Source of the DNA: a virus | Lineage: Duplodnaviria > Caudoviricetes | Direction: 5' to 3' (one strand) | DNA: 64,000 nt | Virus record (IMG/VR): IMGVR_UViG_3300035130_000336 | Coordinates: 9,075-73,074 of that record | Shown: positions 1-9,769 of the stretch, in pieces | Numbering within the stretch: the first letter of the stretch is position 1 | Layout: every line of letters starts with the position of its first letter | Notes under the pieces: model-generated | Told to the model about the DNA's origin: nothing | The model's input: the letters and a program-made list of their open reading frames with translations, nothing else | Database searches by the model: none | Made by a program: the position numbers and the translations under genes

Positions 1-2
1 TC

Positions 3-686
3 GAACGTCCGGATAACCGGAGTGTGTCGAATAATTTTACCATAGATTGGAATTACGATCATCTGACCGATCCTTTTTTTGACGGCATTTTTATGGTGGA
101 TGTTCTTCACTATGCCGCCCTAGTGCTTAATAAGGATCTTTCCATTAATGGAATCGCGGCAATATACCAGCAATTCATTGACAAATTGTGGATTTACGCC
201 GAATTCAAACAGGAGCATCCCGATCCGGATGTTATCGCGAGAATCGTGAACAGGAGTACGCATAAAGGATGTTATGACGATGACCGGGAAATACGTGTTA
301 TCGGAAACAACGAAATGTTCAATAACAATGAGGATCGTCAACCATTGGGAGAAATTCTTCTGCGGTCGGGATTATACATCGCTTCCGCTGAAAAATATGA
401 TGAATTCGGAGCTATCGCGCTCGGTATTAAAATGTACGGAGAAAACAATATCATCATTCATAACGATTTGAAGGATATGCGAACCGCGATAGCTCTCTGG
501 TCGGTAAAGAAGGAAGGTCCGGATGTTGATAATAACGGATTCGTCAAAGCCTTGTTACTCATATTAAGTGAAGTGAGACGGAGAAAGAAAGAGAAAATAG
601 AAATGAAAAAATTAAGGGATTATTCTCCGGTGTTAAGAATAAAGAAGAAAGAAAATCACAGTATGACAGCATGGTGTACGAGATGA
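3..686 (+). CDS. Probable C-terminal (RNase H-like nuclease) part of terminase large subunit, 5'-truncated by the window edge; acidic catalytic residues appear degenerate
   Basis: Frame is open from position 3. Pattern (LWIYAEF...IGNNEMF...GAIALG...IIIHND...W...GPD..NNGFVKALL) follows TerL nuclease-domain order. Lies upstream of the portal on the same strand. Confidence 0.4.
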   Translation, partial: ERPDNRSVSNNFTIDWNYDHLTDPFFDGIFMVDVLHYAALVLNKDLSINGIAAIYQQFIDKLWIYAEFKQEHPDPDVIARIVNRSTHKGCYDDDREIRVIGNNEMFNNNEDRQPLGEILLRSGLYIASAEKYDEFGAIALGIKMYGENNIIIHNDLKDMRTAIALWSVKKEGPDVDNNGFVKALLLILSEVRRRKKEKIEMKKLRDYSPVLRIKKKENHSMTAWCTR

Positions 687-1111
687 ATATAATCAAAACC
701 AGATATGCGATTGAAGGGAAAGGTTTGTTCGTTGAGTACGAATGCGTGCCGGTTGATTTTCTGGTAAATATACCGATAATGGGTAAAGATAACAGGATTC
801 TCGGCAGGGCGATACTGACGAAAAATGTGCATTTTAAAAGAAATAACGGTACCGCACCGGTGATAAATGAAACGGTTATATTGACTGATATTATTGTATA
901 TGATCCGGATAATCGCGGCGAGGGAATCGGCGATCAGATTATGGGATTTATTACCGGTTCGGGATTTTTCAATATTATTGTAACGGGTATATCTACTGAA
1001 GGTGGAAGGGAATTGTGTTTGAAATGGGGTTTCAAGCAGGAAACCATAAAAGGAAACAAATTACTCGTGTGGAGAAAGGAGCATCAGGATGCCGTTGACA
1101 AAAAAGGGTAA
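671..1111 (+). CDS. GNAT-family acetyltransferase
   Basis: Acetyl-CoA motif A 'DIIVYDPDNRGEGIG' and 'LCLKWGF'. Confidence 0.7.
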   Translation: MVYEMNIIKTRYAIEGKGLFVEYECVPVDFLVNIPIMGKDNRILGRAILTKNVHFKRNNGTAPVINETVILTDIIVYDPDNRGEGIGDQIMGFITGSGFFNIIVTGISTEGGRELCLKWGFKQETIKGNKLLVWRKEHQDAVDKKG

Positions 1112-1223
1112 GAAAATAATGACGAACATGAAACAGGAATACGGCTCCAAAAAAGGGGAAAGCGTATTCTATGCATCGGCGAACAAGGGAACCATCAAAG
1201 GCGTGCATGGAAAGAAAAAGTGA
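1089..1223 (+). CDS. Small basic phage protein (44 aa, MPLTKKGKKIMTNMKQEYGSKKGESVFYASANKGTIKGVHGKKK), not in the ORF track
   Basis: Translated by hand; fills the gap between neighbours with overlaps; resembles a recurrent small phage protein motif (MPLTKKG...YG.KKG..VFYAS.NKG.IKGV). Confidence 0.7.
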   Translation: MPLTKKGKKIMTNMKQEYGSKKGESVFYASANKGTIKGVHGKKK

Positions 1224-2164
1224 GTAGATTCTGTTTCTCATCCGTCTGCACGAACGATTCATATCAGTTCTTCATACCTTTATTCGTCTATACGACGAAG
1301 AAAGCGTATCCGGATGCCGGGGTTAAAGTGTTTGTTAAAGGAGAATTAAAGAATAATACCCGTGAAGCTTTGAAAATGATTCCGTATGATGGATGGGAAG
1401 TAAAGGAAAATTGTTTCAAATCATACCCGAACAGGCCGTTTATAACGAATTGTCTGCGATTTCTTGTAAACGAAAAGGAATATAAAGGATATGACTATGT
1501 TTTTATAAAGGATATCGATTTTCTTATATTCCCGCACAAGATTTCTCATTTGAAATTCTTTAAAGATGCCATGGGAGGACTGCCGTATTTCGGGGTGCGC
1601 GGTCCTTACCGGCATCCAAGGCGTTACAATATAAATAGAATTGGATGGAAAGGTGATTTTACGAGAATCGCTGGCGGTTCTTTCGTTTTTAAAAACCCGG
1701 AATGGTTTGAAAAAACGCGGGAAATTCAGAAAAAGTATCGTTCTTTTATTAAACACAATCTTGCGGACGGTATCGACAGTCATATTCCCGCGTCGTACAG
1801 GGAATATGACGAAGTGATGCTTTATAGAATCGTTAAAAAGGCGGGATTGCCCGCTCCGACGAGAAAAAATAAAAATGTTTACAAAAAACATGCGCCAAAA
1901 ATTTACAGGGATATACATCTGGGTGATTTTATAAAGAGAAAACACGGCAAAAAAAGACTTGCCGGACGGGTAGCGGTTGAAAACCTGAAATTACTCGCCA
2001 AGCTTGAAAAAGATCCGTTATGGTTTCAAATACGGAAAAAAGTCGGTGAAAACGCCAAAATAAGAGAGATATTGAGACGCGTTCGAAAGTATACAAAATG
2101 GAAATTACATTTATCATCCTTATTAGAGGAAGAAACTGCGAAAAAACAGTTGAAAAATGCGTAA
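1220..2164 (+). CDS. Putative glycosyltransferase (GT-A-like)
   Basis: DxD motif 'YVFIKDIDF'; cluster context. Confidence 0.5.
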   Translation: MSRFCFSSVCTNDSYQFFIPLFVYTTKKAYPDAGVKVFVKGELKNNTREALKMIPYDGWEVKENCFKSYPNRPFITNCLRFLVNEKEYKGYDYVFIKDIDFLIFPHKISHLKFFKDAMGGLPYFGVRGPYRHPRRYNINRIGWKGDFTRIAGGSFVFKNPEWFEKTREIQKKYRSFIKHNLADGIDSHIPASYREYDEVMLYRIVKKAGLPAPTRKNKNVYKKHAPKIYRDIHLGDFIKRKHGKKRLAGRVAVENLKLLAKLEKDPLWFQIRKKVGENAKIREILRRVRKYTKWKLHLSSLLEEETAKKQLKNA

Positions 2165-2805
2165 GATCGATACGAAGACAGACATATTCACGATGGAAAG
2201 CGATCATATCGCTGGATGCGCCGATGGATAATTCAGCAATCGTAACGAATGCAGCGATAAAAGATGATAATAGATTTGTTTTGTCAACGAATTTGAACAA
2301 TTTCGGACTTTGCAGAAACATGTATTCGATTATAGGTCTTACGAAACATGTTTTTAAACCTGATAATGACGATGTGGCGGTGGTGGTTGACGCCGACGAT
2401 TATATCAGTAAGGAAGCGCTTGCAACCGTTGAACGTGTTTATCGCGAACATCCCGATACTTTGATTACTCATGGAAGTTATAAGAAGATTTCAAAAGGAA
2501 GAAGAACGAAGATCAGCAAACCGTATCCGCGAAACGGCGATATCAGGAAATTGCCGTGGCGTGGATCGCATTTGAAAACAATTAAATGGAAAATCATTAA
2601 ACAGGCAAAACCGCAATGGTTTCAACATGGTGGAAAATGGTTTGAAGCGGCAAGTGATTTGGCTTTGATGTTCGGTTGTATCGGCATTACGGGATTAAAA
2701 AAGGTGAGGCATATTCATAAAGTTATTTATTACTGGAACGATCATGTGACGCGAAGAAAAAAACGGTTGCAAAGAAAATGCGAAAAGCTTTTGAGAAAGA
2801 GTTGA
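2098..2805 (+). CDS. Glycosyltransferase family 2
   Basis: 'KCVRSIRRQTY', 'VVVDADDY', 'SDLALMF'. Confidence 0.8.
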   Translation: MEITFIILIRGRNCEKTVEKCVRSIRRQTYSRWKAIISLDAPMDNSAIVTNAAIKDDNRFVLSTNLNNFGLCRNMYSIIGLTKHVFKPDNDDVAVVVDADDYISKEALATVERVYREHPDTLITHGSYKKISKGRRTKISKPYPRNGDIRKLPWRGSHLKTIKWKIIKQAKPQWFQHGGKWFEAASDLALMFGCIGITGLKKVRHIHKVIYYWNDHVTRRKKRLQRKCEKLLRKS

Positions 2806-2806
2806 A

Positions 2807-3115
2807 ATGGATGAGGAATTTTTAAAAAAAAGCGCTGAAATGGCGAAATCGGCGGTGGAAAAATGCCTCCTTACCGACGGTATTCAATATGTAACGGTGA
2901 TGGATGAAGGTGGAGAATTCCGGGTAAAAGCGACGAAACGGCTGGATAGGGATAAAAAATTTTATGGAGAAATGCTGGTTACCATAGGACCGCCGAATTG
3001 GGGAGAACGTAATCGAATAGCCAATATGAAAAAACGCGGCAAAGTACCGGAATTCTTTTTCAAAGTGATAGGTAAGTCACATCGTAAAAATTCGACGGAG
3101 GAGTATTTCTTTTGA
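2807..3115 (+). CDS. Hypothetical protein
   Basis: Tightly packed in operon. Confidence 0.6.
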   Translation: MDEEFLKKSAEMAKSAVEKCLLTDGIQYVTVMDEGGEFRVKATKRLDRDKKFYGEMLVTIGPPNWGERNRIANMKKRGKVPEFFFKVIGKSHRKNSTEEYFF

Positions 3116-3882
3116 AAACACTTCTTGCTGGACCATGGCTTGGAGAATTCGGATGGGAAATAATGACATGGGTTCCTGCTATTCGGAAATATAGTCGAAA
3201 ATTCGATGAAACTATTATTGTATGTAAAATTGAACATGAGTATCTTTATCGTGATTTCGCGAAAAAGTTTATTTTTCACGAAAAAAAAGGTTTGCCAGAC
3301 AGATGGTTGTTGAATGGTAAAAAAGTAAAGTTGCCCGAACTTATCATAAGGGATTTTCCGAAGACGTATGTTGTTCAACCGACGCGCTCTATATGTTCTG
3401 AATGGAAAAGAGAATATTTAAAATATGGAATTAAAAGAATGAGCTGCGATTACGATCTTGTTATACATGCGAGGACGTGTGATAAATACGGACAGAGAAG
3501 TTGGAATTGGCCGAAACCGCGATATCGAGAGTTATTAAAAATATTAAAACCGAAAAAAGTGTGTTGTATAGGAACCGAAGCGCATTATATCGATAATACG
3601 GAAGATATGCGGAATTTTTCATTAAACATTATATGTGATGTTTTGGCAAGCAGCAAAGTGCTCCTTACTCCTTCCAGCGGGCCGGGACATCTGGCGAGTT
3701 TATGCGGATGTCCTCAGGTGATTATGACCGATAATAAATATCAAAAGTCAATAAAAGGAACCAATAAGGACAGATATAAACATATATGGAATCCGTTTGA
3801 TACGCCGTGCAAGGTTCTTGATGAGGATAATTGGCAATCATCCATTAAAAAGGTGGTAAAAGCCTTGGAGAAATTTTTATGA
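3112..3882 (+). CDS. GT9-like (heptosyltransferase-type) glycosyltransferase
   Basis: 'VLLTPSSGPGHLASLCGCPQV' matches the GT9 DSGxxHLA motif region. Confidence 0.65.
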   Translation: MKTLLAGPWLGEFGWEIMTWVPAIRKYSRKFDETIIVCKIEHEYLYRDFAKKFIFHEKKGLPDRWLLNGKKVKLPELIIRDFPKTYVVQPTRSICSEWKREYLKYGIKRMSCDYDLVIHARTCDKYGQRSWNWPKPRYRELLKILKPKKVCCIGTEAHYIDNTEDMRNFSLNIICDVLASSKVLLTPSSGPGHLASLCGCPQVIMTDNKYQKSIKGTNKDRYKHIWNPFDTPCKVLDEDNWQSSIKKVVKALEKFL

Positions 3883-4832
3883 ATATCTGTTTTTACGCGA
3901 ATCATCCTTATTGGTCACAATTAAATCCTAATGGGGGAACTTCGACCATTTTAAAATCCGCGAATTCATTGAAGAGTCTTGGTCATAAAGTTTATATTGT
4001 CGCGACAAAGGATAAATTTCGCTGGTTTAAACATCCTAAACCGGTGAATAAGATTTCAGAAGATGCCGATGCATGTATCGCCGTTACCGTCAGCGATATT
4101 AAACCGATGCTGAAGTATGCACCGAAAAAAGCGAAATTGTTCTATTGGTGCAGGCTTTTGGAAAATCATCAAATGCCGAAAAGGAAAGTGCTTAAATGGG
4201 CATCAAAAGTAAAAGTAATAGTAAATAGTGAAAATTTGCGTGATTGGTATGCGAACCATGGAATAGAAACACGTATTGCTTATCAGGGTATTGATTCATA
4301 TCGATGGCATAATTTGTATATCCATGAAAAAAACAGCATCGGTTTTTTAATATCGGATAAACCGCGAAAACATTTTGATTTCGTGATGGAGATCGTTAAA
4401 AAGCTTGGTGATACTTATCGATATTATGGATATGGTATCGATTTGAATAAGAAAATAAAGAGATTTGTTAAAAACAATTTTTATTCTTTTGTAAAAAATG
4501 CGGATTACAGCAGCTTGATACGGATATATAATGTCGTTGATACATGGGTTGTTACCAGCACGAAAGAGGGATTGCACAATCCGCCGATGGAAGCCGCGTT
4601 GTGCGGATGTACGGTCGTCTATCCGGATGCTCCGTTAGCGGGTTGCAGCGATCATTGTATTGATAATGAAACCGCATGGCGATACAAGGCTCTTGATGTC
4701 GATTCGGCGATAAAAGCGATAAAATCATCGGATAAAACGCGATGTAAAACTCATCGTGAACTTATCCTTAATAAAATAGGTAATCGCGAACAAGCAATGA
4801 GAAACTTCGTGGAGGTGTTAAAATGTTATTGA
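3879..4832 (+). CDS. GT-B (GT4-like) glycosyltransferase
   Basis: 'EGLHNPPMEAALCG' EX7E motif. Confidence 0.8.
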   Translation: MNICFYANHPYWSQLNPNGGTSTILKSANSLKSLGHKVYIVATKDKFRWFKHPKPVNKISEDADACIAVTVSDIKPMLKYAPKKAKLFYWCRLLENHQMPKRKVLKWASKVKVIVNSENLRDWYANHGIETRIAYQGIDSYRWHNLYIHEKNSIGFLISDKPRKHFDFVMEIVKKLGDTYRYYGYGIDLNKKIKRFVKNNFYSFVKNADYSSLIRIYNVVDTWVVTSTKEGLHNPPMEAALCGCTVVYPDAPLAGCSDHCIDNETAWRYKALDVDSAIKAIKSSDKTRCKTHRELILNKIGNREQAMRNFVEVLKCY

Positions 4833-6040
4833 CAAAAGATCAGTACAGGGAATTGTCGGGAAGTTGGGCGAAACATGGAACTATTTATCAGAAATTTGAC
4901 AGATATCAGGTTCGGTTTCCTACGTTGTTGAAACATATCAATGTATTCAAAGGAAAAAACGTGCTCGAAGTGGGATGTAATGCCGGACTCGCCGCGTATC
5001 ATATCGCACAAGTTGCTAATTGTTATACAGGAGTGGAAGGAGAAAAAGGATATTGGCAGCAAGCGCTTGAAACGAAAAAGCACATTCCTGAATTAGAATA
5101 TGAACCGACGTTTTTAAATATGAGTATTAAATCTTTCATGAAACGTATTGAAAAAGGTAAGTTGAAGGATGAGACAAATGCCGCGTATCTTTCATACGTG
5201 CTTTATCATTTCAGCGATAAAGAAGTGCGTCTGTTTGAAAAAGTGATTCTTCCAAAACTGGATGTAATTATCGTGCAAAGCAGATTTGCAGAAAGAAATA
5301 AGAAAGGCCGCAGGAAACATAATAGTTATGCTTTCTGGCATCCCATGAACGTTGAAAAATATTTAAATAAAAACGGATTTTCCACAACGGTGGAATGGGG
5401 ACCGGAAAGGAAATTTCATTTTATTATAGGGAGTAAAGATATATCTGATGAGAAGCTTTTAAAAGAAGAAGATAATATGATACATGAAGCTTTAACGGAA
5501 CCTAAAGGTGAAGCTGTCACATATACAAAAGAGATTGAAGATGCTTTAATAAAAAATCGGGTTGAACTTCCAACTGAGAAATTACAGGAATTGGATAAAT
5601 GGGCAAAAATACATAAACCAATGGGAATACAGCTTCCGGAATTTGATAAGGAGCAAACTGATGGAGATAAAAGGGATAGCGGAATTCATTCAGAGAGCGC
5701 ATGTGCCGTGCCCGAAGGACGGAGTGCATCAGGTGGGAGCGAACAATCGGATAAAGGGGAGCCATGCGATACTGTTGAACGAGAAATTGATTCCGAAGGG
5801 AAGAGTGAAACTGTATTACCAAAAAAGCCAGAAAGTGGGCGTTCAGGTATTTTACAGCCTGTCATGGAAGAAAGCACAGAAGAAACGGTACGTGATAAAG
5901 ATATTCAAAAAGTGGGAAAAAATCCACGAATTCGGCGTCGCCCCACGACCAGAAAAAATAGTGGAAGTAAAGGTAAATCTGTTGTACAAAAAGACGCGCC
6001 ACAAAACGACGGCGTTGGGGATAAAGACGCAACATGTTGA
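4823..6040 (+). CDS. Class I SAM-dependent methyltransferase with long low-complexity C-terminal extension
   Basis: 'VLEVGCNAG' motif I and 'YVLYHF'; paralog of 14655-15263. Confidence 0.75.
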   Translation: MLLTKDQYRELSGSWAKHGTIYQKFDRYQVRFPTLLKHINVFKGKNVLEVGCNAGLAAYHIAQVANCYTGVEGEKGYWQQALETKKHIPELEYEPTFLNMSIKSFMKRIEKGKLKDETNAAYLSYVLYHFSDKEVRLFEKVILPKLDVIIVQSRFAERNKKGRRKHNSYAFWHPMNVEKYLNKNGFSTTVEWGPERKFHFIIGSKDISDEKLLKEEDNMIHEALTEPKGEAVTYTKEIEDALIKNRVELPTEKLQELDKWAKIHKPMGIQLPEFDKEQTDGDKRDSGIHSESACAVPEGRSASGGSEQSDKGEPCDTVEREIDSEGKSETVLPKKPESGRSGILQPVMEESTEETVRDKDIQKVGKNPRIRRRPTTRKNSGSKGKSVVQKDAPQNDGVGDKDATC

Positions 6041-6260
6041 TGCGCCGGAAAAAGCATGGTGGGATTATGTTTGCGGTTATCCATATGATTGGAAAGCGGT
6101 TGATCATCCGGATCATTCACCGGAGGGGTATTTAAAATTCGTAAAATGGGCGAAAAGAAAACAGCATGCGAACGGAGTTTCAACCGAAGGGAGTTATAAA
6201 CTCGGTGATGTGATGTGGAGTTGTTCGAAAAAACGATGGTATCTGGTGGATATTGATTGA
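5661..6260 (+). CDS. Hypothetical, degenerate kinase-like protein; paralog of 15244-15837
   Basis: AAGGAG RBS before ATG 5661; shares CP.DG.H, VFYSL, AW....G.PYDW.A..HP.HS..G and KRWYLVD with the paralog. Confidence 0.65.
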   Translation: MEIKGIAEFIQRAHVPCPKDGVHQVGANNRIKGSHAILLNEKLIPKGRVKLYYQKSQKVGVQVFYSLSWKKAQKKRYVIKIFKKWEKIHEFGVAPRPEKIVEVKVNLLYKKTRHKTTALGIKTQHVDAPEKAWWDYVCGYPYDWKAVDHPDHSPEGYLKFVKWAKRKQHANGVSTEGSYKLGDVMWSCSKKRWYLVDID

Positions 6261-6397
6261 TAATATAAAGGTTGCCATGCCTTATGCCGTCCTTAACGTA
6301 TACGAACGTGGTAGAAGTTGAGCAACCGTGGTATCGGTTCAACGGTCAATTGGCATGGCAATTATTTTATGATAAATAATATGAAGTTGGAAATAAA

Positions 6398-7357
6398 ATG
6401 CTCATCCATGTAAACAAAAATTATTTCGCAAGGGGGAAAACCGGTAAAGGTAAATTCGCGGCACGGTTGGTTAATTCATGGCGTGAAATGGGAATTAAAA
6501 TAACTGAAAATCCGAAAGCAAAAGCCGATATCGCGCTTCATATCGGAAGAATGAATTATGATTCAAAGGCGAAAAAGCATGTATTGCGTGTCGGTCCCGC
6601 CTGTATCAATACCAATATGAATTGGAAGAAAATAAATCACGAAAAAGCGCAATCGGTAAAGAAAGCCGATGCCGTGATTTATCAGTCGCGATATTCAAAG
6701 AAGATATATCATAATCTTGTTTGCAAGCCGAATAAGCCGGAAACGGTAATATTCAACGGTGCCGATCCTCGTGATTATGATGTTGAACCGTTTGACAGTC
6801 ATTTCAAAAATAATTTTCTGGCGAGTACGAGAGTATGGTTGAAACAGAAAAGGCTTAAAACGATTATTCAATCTTTTCTTGAAATTGAAAGTGATGAAAA
6901 TCGTTTAATCGTTTGTGGGGATACTCAAGGGATTGATAAAAAATATAATGGTTATAATAATATATTGTTTACCGGGTCGGTAAGCGATGAAGTTTTATCG
7001 GGGTTTTATAAAGCATGCAATGCGATGATTCATATTACTTGGATCGATGCATGTCCTAACAGCGTTGTGGAAGCCCTTGTTGCTGGATTGCCGGTTATCT
7101 GTACCGATCAGGGGGGAACGCATGAATTATTGGATATTTCTTCTGTCTATCGTTATTGTATCGTTTTAAAACATGATTCAATATTTAAATATAAACCTGT
7201 CAATCTGGATAAACCTCCGCAATCGGATGAATTGATATGGTTGTTATCGAGTGCTATGAAAAGATATGTTCATGAATCATATAAAATAGAAGCTTCATAT
7301 CTTTATATTGAAAATATCGCAAAACAGTATTTAAAATATTTCGAAAAAATATTATGA
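6398..7357 (+). CDS. GT4-like glycosyltransferase
   Basis: 'DACPNSVVEALVAGLPVI'; paralog of 11777-12706. Confidence 0.85.
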   Translation: MLIHVNKNYFARGKTGKGKFAARLVNSWREMGIKITENPKAKADIALHIGRMNYDSKAKKHVLRVGPACINTNMNWKKINHEKAQSVKKADAVIYQSRYSKKIYHNLVCKPNKPETVIFNGADPRDYDVEPFDSHFKNNFLASTRVWLKQKRLKTIIQSFLEIESDENRLIVCGDTQGIDKKYNGYNNILFTGSVSDEVLSGFYKACNAMIHITWIDACPNSVVEALVAGLPVICTDQGGTHELLDISSVYRYCIVLKHDSIFKYKPVNLDKPPQSDELIWLLSSAMKRYVHESYKIEASYLYIENIAKQYLKYFEKIL

Positions 7358-7908
7358 GTGAAATCAAATATTTAAGCAAGAAATTTGAAAAAATTGATTT
7401 GAGAAAATTAAAATATCAATTCGTTCCCGAGTTTACGAATATGGATATTTGGAATTATGATATGAGTTTGCCGTATAGTCCGCAAGTGGAATGCGCGAAA
7501 TTGCTTTTAAAATATGGAAGGGATTGGTCGAAACTGAAAGATTGCAGATTCGCGCAAGATCGTCGGCATAGATATAAATGCGGAATGACCAAATGGACCG
7601 AAAAAGCGATAAAAAAACATATTTTAGATTCACGTTATAATATTCTCATGAGTATAAAGAAACACGGATTCGATGAAAAATTAAATAGAAAGCAGCCGAT
7701 AGCGATTCTTATTTCGCCTTTCTGGACTACGAGATTTAATTATATGGCTGATTGGTTAATGGGACCGGAAATATATCATGGAGGACGCCGATGCGCGGCA
7801 ATGTACGCACTTGGATATAAAAAGGTATCGGTTTTGTGGGTAGAAGATAAATATCCCGGATCGAATAAAGGCGGAAAATTCGAAACGAAAGTAATCAAAT
7901 ATTTATGA
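7354..7908 (+). CDS. ParB/Srx-like domain protein
   Basis: 'SIKKHGF...PIAI...IYHGGRRCAAMYALG...V' resembles the ParB N-terminal GxxR motif. Confidence 0.55.
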   Translation: MSEIKYLSKKFEKIDLRKLKYQFVPEFTNMDIWNYDMSLPYSPQVECAKLLLKYGRDWSKLKDCRFAQDRRHRYKCGMTKWTEKAIKKHILDSRYNILMSIKKHGFDEKLNRKQPIAILISPFWTTRFNYMADWLMGPEIYHGGRRCAAMYALGYKKVSVLWVEDKYPGSNKGGKFETKVIKYL

Positions 7909-8657
7909 TTAGCGTTATAATACCCGTTTATAATTACGCACAGTATCTTTTACAGGCTTTTTTATCGGTAGTAAACGAATGCGACGATATGGAAATTATC
8001 ATCGTTGATGACGGCAGTACCGATGATATCAAAAAAGTGATAGATAAAATAAGCCGACCTTTTGCTTTTCCGGAGAAGATTATAAGGTTTATATCGTTGG
8101 GATCGAACAGGGGAGTATCGATAGCGAGAAACGCGGGATTGAGAATAAGTGAAGGAAAATACATTACTTTCCTCGATGCGGATGATATGCGTGTTCCGGG
8201 GAGTATACTGGCTCAAAAAATGTATCTTGATAATTATGAGAATGTTGATGTGGTGTTCGGTGAAGCATTGGAAATACGCGGGGACATAAAATATTCTCAA
8301 GCTATAAACAGAGTAAGAAAATTTAGAATTCATCCGTCAGAAGTAAATCCGCAAACGGTGATGTATCGCAGAATCGTTTTTGAAAAATATGGTGGCTGGT
8401 ATGAAGGGCTTATTTCCGGGGAGGATAAAGAGATGAGTATTCGTCTCGGCATACATCCGGAATCGCCTTTTAAATTAGTTAAGGCGAAAAAACTTAAAGC
8501 TCCCATGGCATTTTATCGGAAGCATCCAAATGAAAAACATAAATTGAGAAAAGCCAATGTTGTTTGGAATAAAGAGACGAAACGAATTCAGAAAGACCGT
8601 ATCATACAATTAAAACGTGAGGGAATTACGAGAGAAAATACCTGTTTTCCTATTTAA
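7905..8657 (+). CDS. Glycosyltransferase family 2
   Basis: 'ISVIIPVYN', 'IIVDDGSTD', 'ARNAGL', 'FLDADD', 'GED'. Confidence 0.9.
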   Translation: MISVIIPVYNYAQYLLQAFLSVVNECDDMEIIIVDDGSTDDIKKVIDKISRPFAFPEKIIRFISLGSNRGVSIARNAGLRISEGKYITFLDADDMRVPGSILAQKMYLDNYENVDVVFGEALEIRGDIKYSQAINRVRKFRIHPSEVNPQTVMYRRIVFEKYGGWYEGLISGEDKEMSIRLGIHPESPFKLVKAKKLKAPMAFYRKHPNEKHKLRKANVVWNKETKRIQKDRIIQLKREGITRENTCFPI

Positions 8658-8667
8658 AGGATATAAA

Positions 8668-8928
8668 ATGTCGTTACGAAAGGCAACAAAAATAAGAACA
8701 TTATGCGAAGTTCTTCGTGAAATAAACGATCTTCATCAGGGAGAAACAAAACATGACAGAAAAGTTCGTAAAAGGCTTGTTGAAATTGAGCGTATGGCGA
8801 AAAAAATGTCTTATAAACTTTTGGACTACAATAAGGAATATGATAAAGAATGGTGGGAAACTGTTGAAGGTAAAGAACGTGAAAAACGTTTAAGAAAGCG
8901 GTTGTCAAAATCATATTTAATTGGATAG
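8668..8928 (+). CDS. Hypothetical protein
   Basis: AAGGA RBS before ATG 8668; fills operon gap. Confidence 0.55.
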   Translation: MSLRKATKIRTLCEVLREINDLHQGETKHDRKVRKRLVEIERMAKKMSYKLLDYNKEYDKEWWETVEGKEREKRLRKRLSKSYLIG

Positions 8929-8931
8929 CAT

Positions 8932-9768
8932 ATGCAAATAAATAAAATGGGAATAGATATTGTTCATGGGTGCCAACTTCGATGTATTGGTTGTCCGAAT
9001 TCAACATTGAAACCAAGGATAATTTATTGCGATACTGATATTTTAGATGCATGTTTGCATAATCTTGATGTAAAAAAGATACGTAAATTAAGACTGTATA
9101 ATTACGGAGAACCACTATTGCATCCGCATCTTGATAAAATACTCTTAATTATTTCACGACAATCATTTAAAATAAACAATGTGGAGATAACGACAAATGC
9201 ACAATATTGGAATGAAGAGGTTTTTACAAAGGCTTTTAGCCTTGGAGTAGTAACGCAATTATATGTATCTTGTGATGGGAATGCCACTTCTGATGATTAT
9301 GAACGTTTGCGTCCTCCCGCTAAATGGGATAAGTTGATTGCTTTTATGAAAAACATGAGACGGCTTCGTGATACGGTTTGTCCTGATATGTTTCTTGGTA
9401 CACGAACGATATGTACCGATAAAAAAGATCGGGATAGATGGAAAAAGTTATTAAAACAATTAGGTTATAAACCTGAATTTAGACCATGGGGTACAAGAGC
9501 CGATGCGCTAGAAAAACCATGGGGAAAAGTAAGAATACCAAGAGGAATATGTCGTTATCTCACAAAGGCCAAAGGTTTACGGTTATATGTCGATTATGAC
9601 GGTACGGTTGTTCCTTGTTGCGTTCATCCTCGTGCCGGAGTATTGGGAAATCTTGTCAAAAGCAAATACAGCGATATATTGAAATCTGATTTAAGAAATG
9701 AATTCATAAAAGTTATAAAAAAAAATAGGGCGTTAATACCTGCCTGTATAGAGTGTCAGGAGAAATAA
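8932..9768 (+). CDS. Radical SAM protein with SPASM/twitch-like C-terminus
   Basis: CxxxCxxC 'CQLRCIGC', 'GEPLLHP', 'ITTNA', 'DGTVVPCC', C-terminal 'CIEC'. Confidence 0.9.
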   Translation: MQINKMGIDIVHGCQLRCIGCPNSTLKPRIIYCDTDILDACLHNLDVKKIRKLRLYNYGEPLLHPHLDKILLIISRQSFKINNVEITTNAQYWNEEVFTKAFSLGVVTQLYVSCDGNATSDDYERLRPPAKWDKLIAFMKNMRRLRDTVCPDMFLGTRTICTDKKDRDRWKKLLKQLGYKPEFRPWGTRADALEKPWGKVRIPRGICRYLTKAKGLRLYVDYDGTVVPCCVHPRAGVLGNLVKSKYSDILKSDLRNEFIKVIKKNRALIPACIECQEK

Positions 9769-9769
9769 T

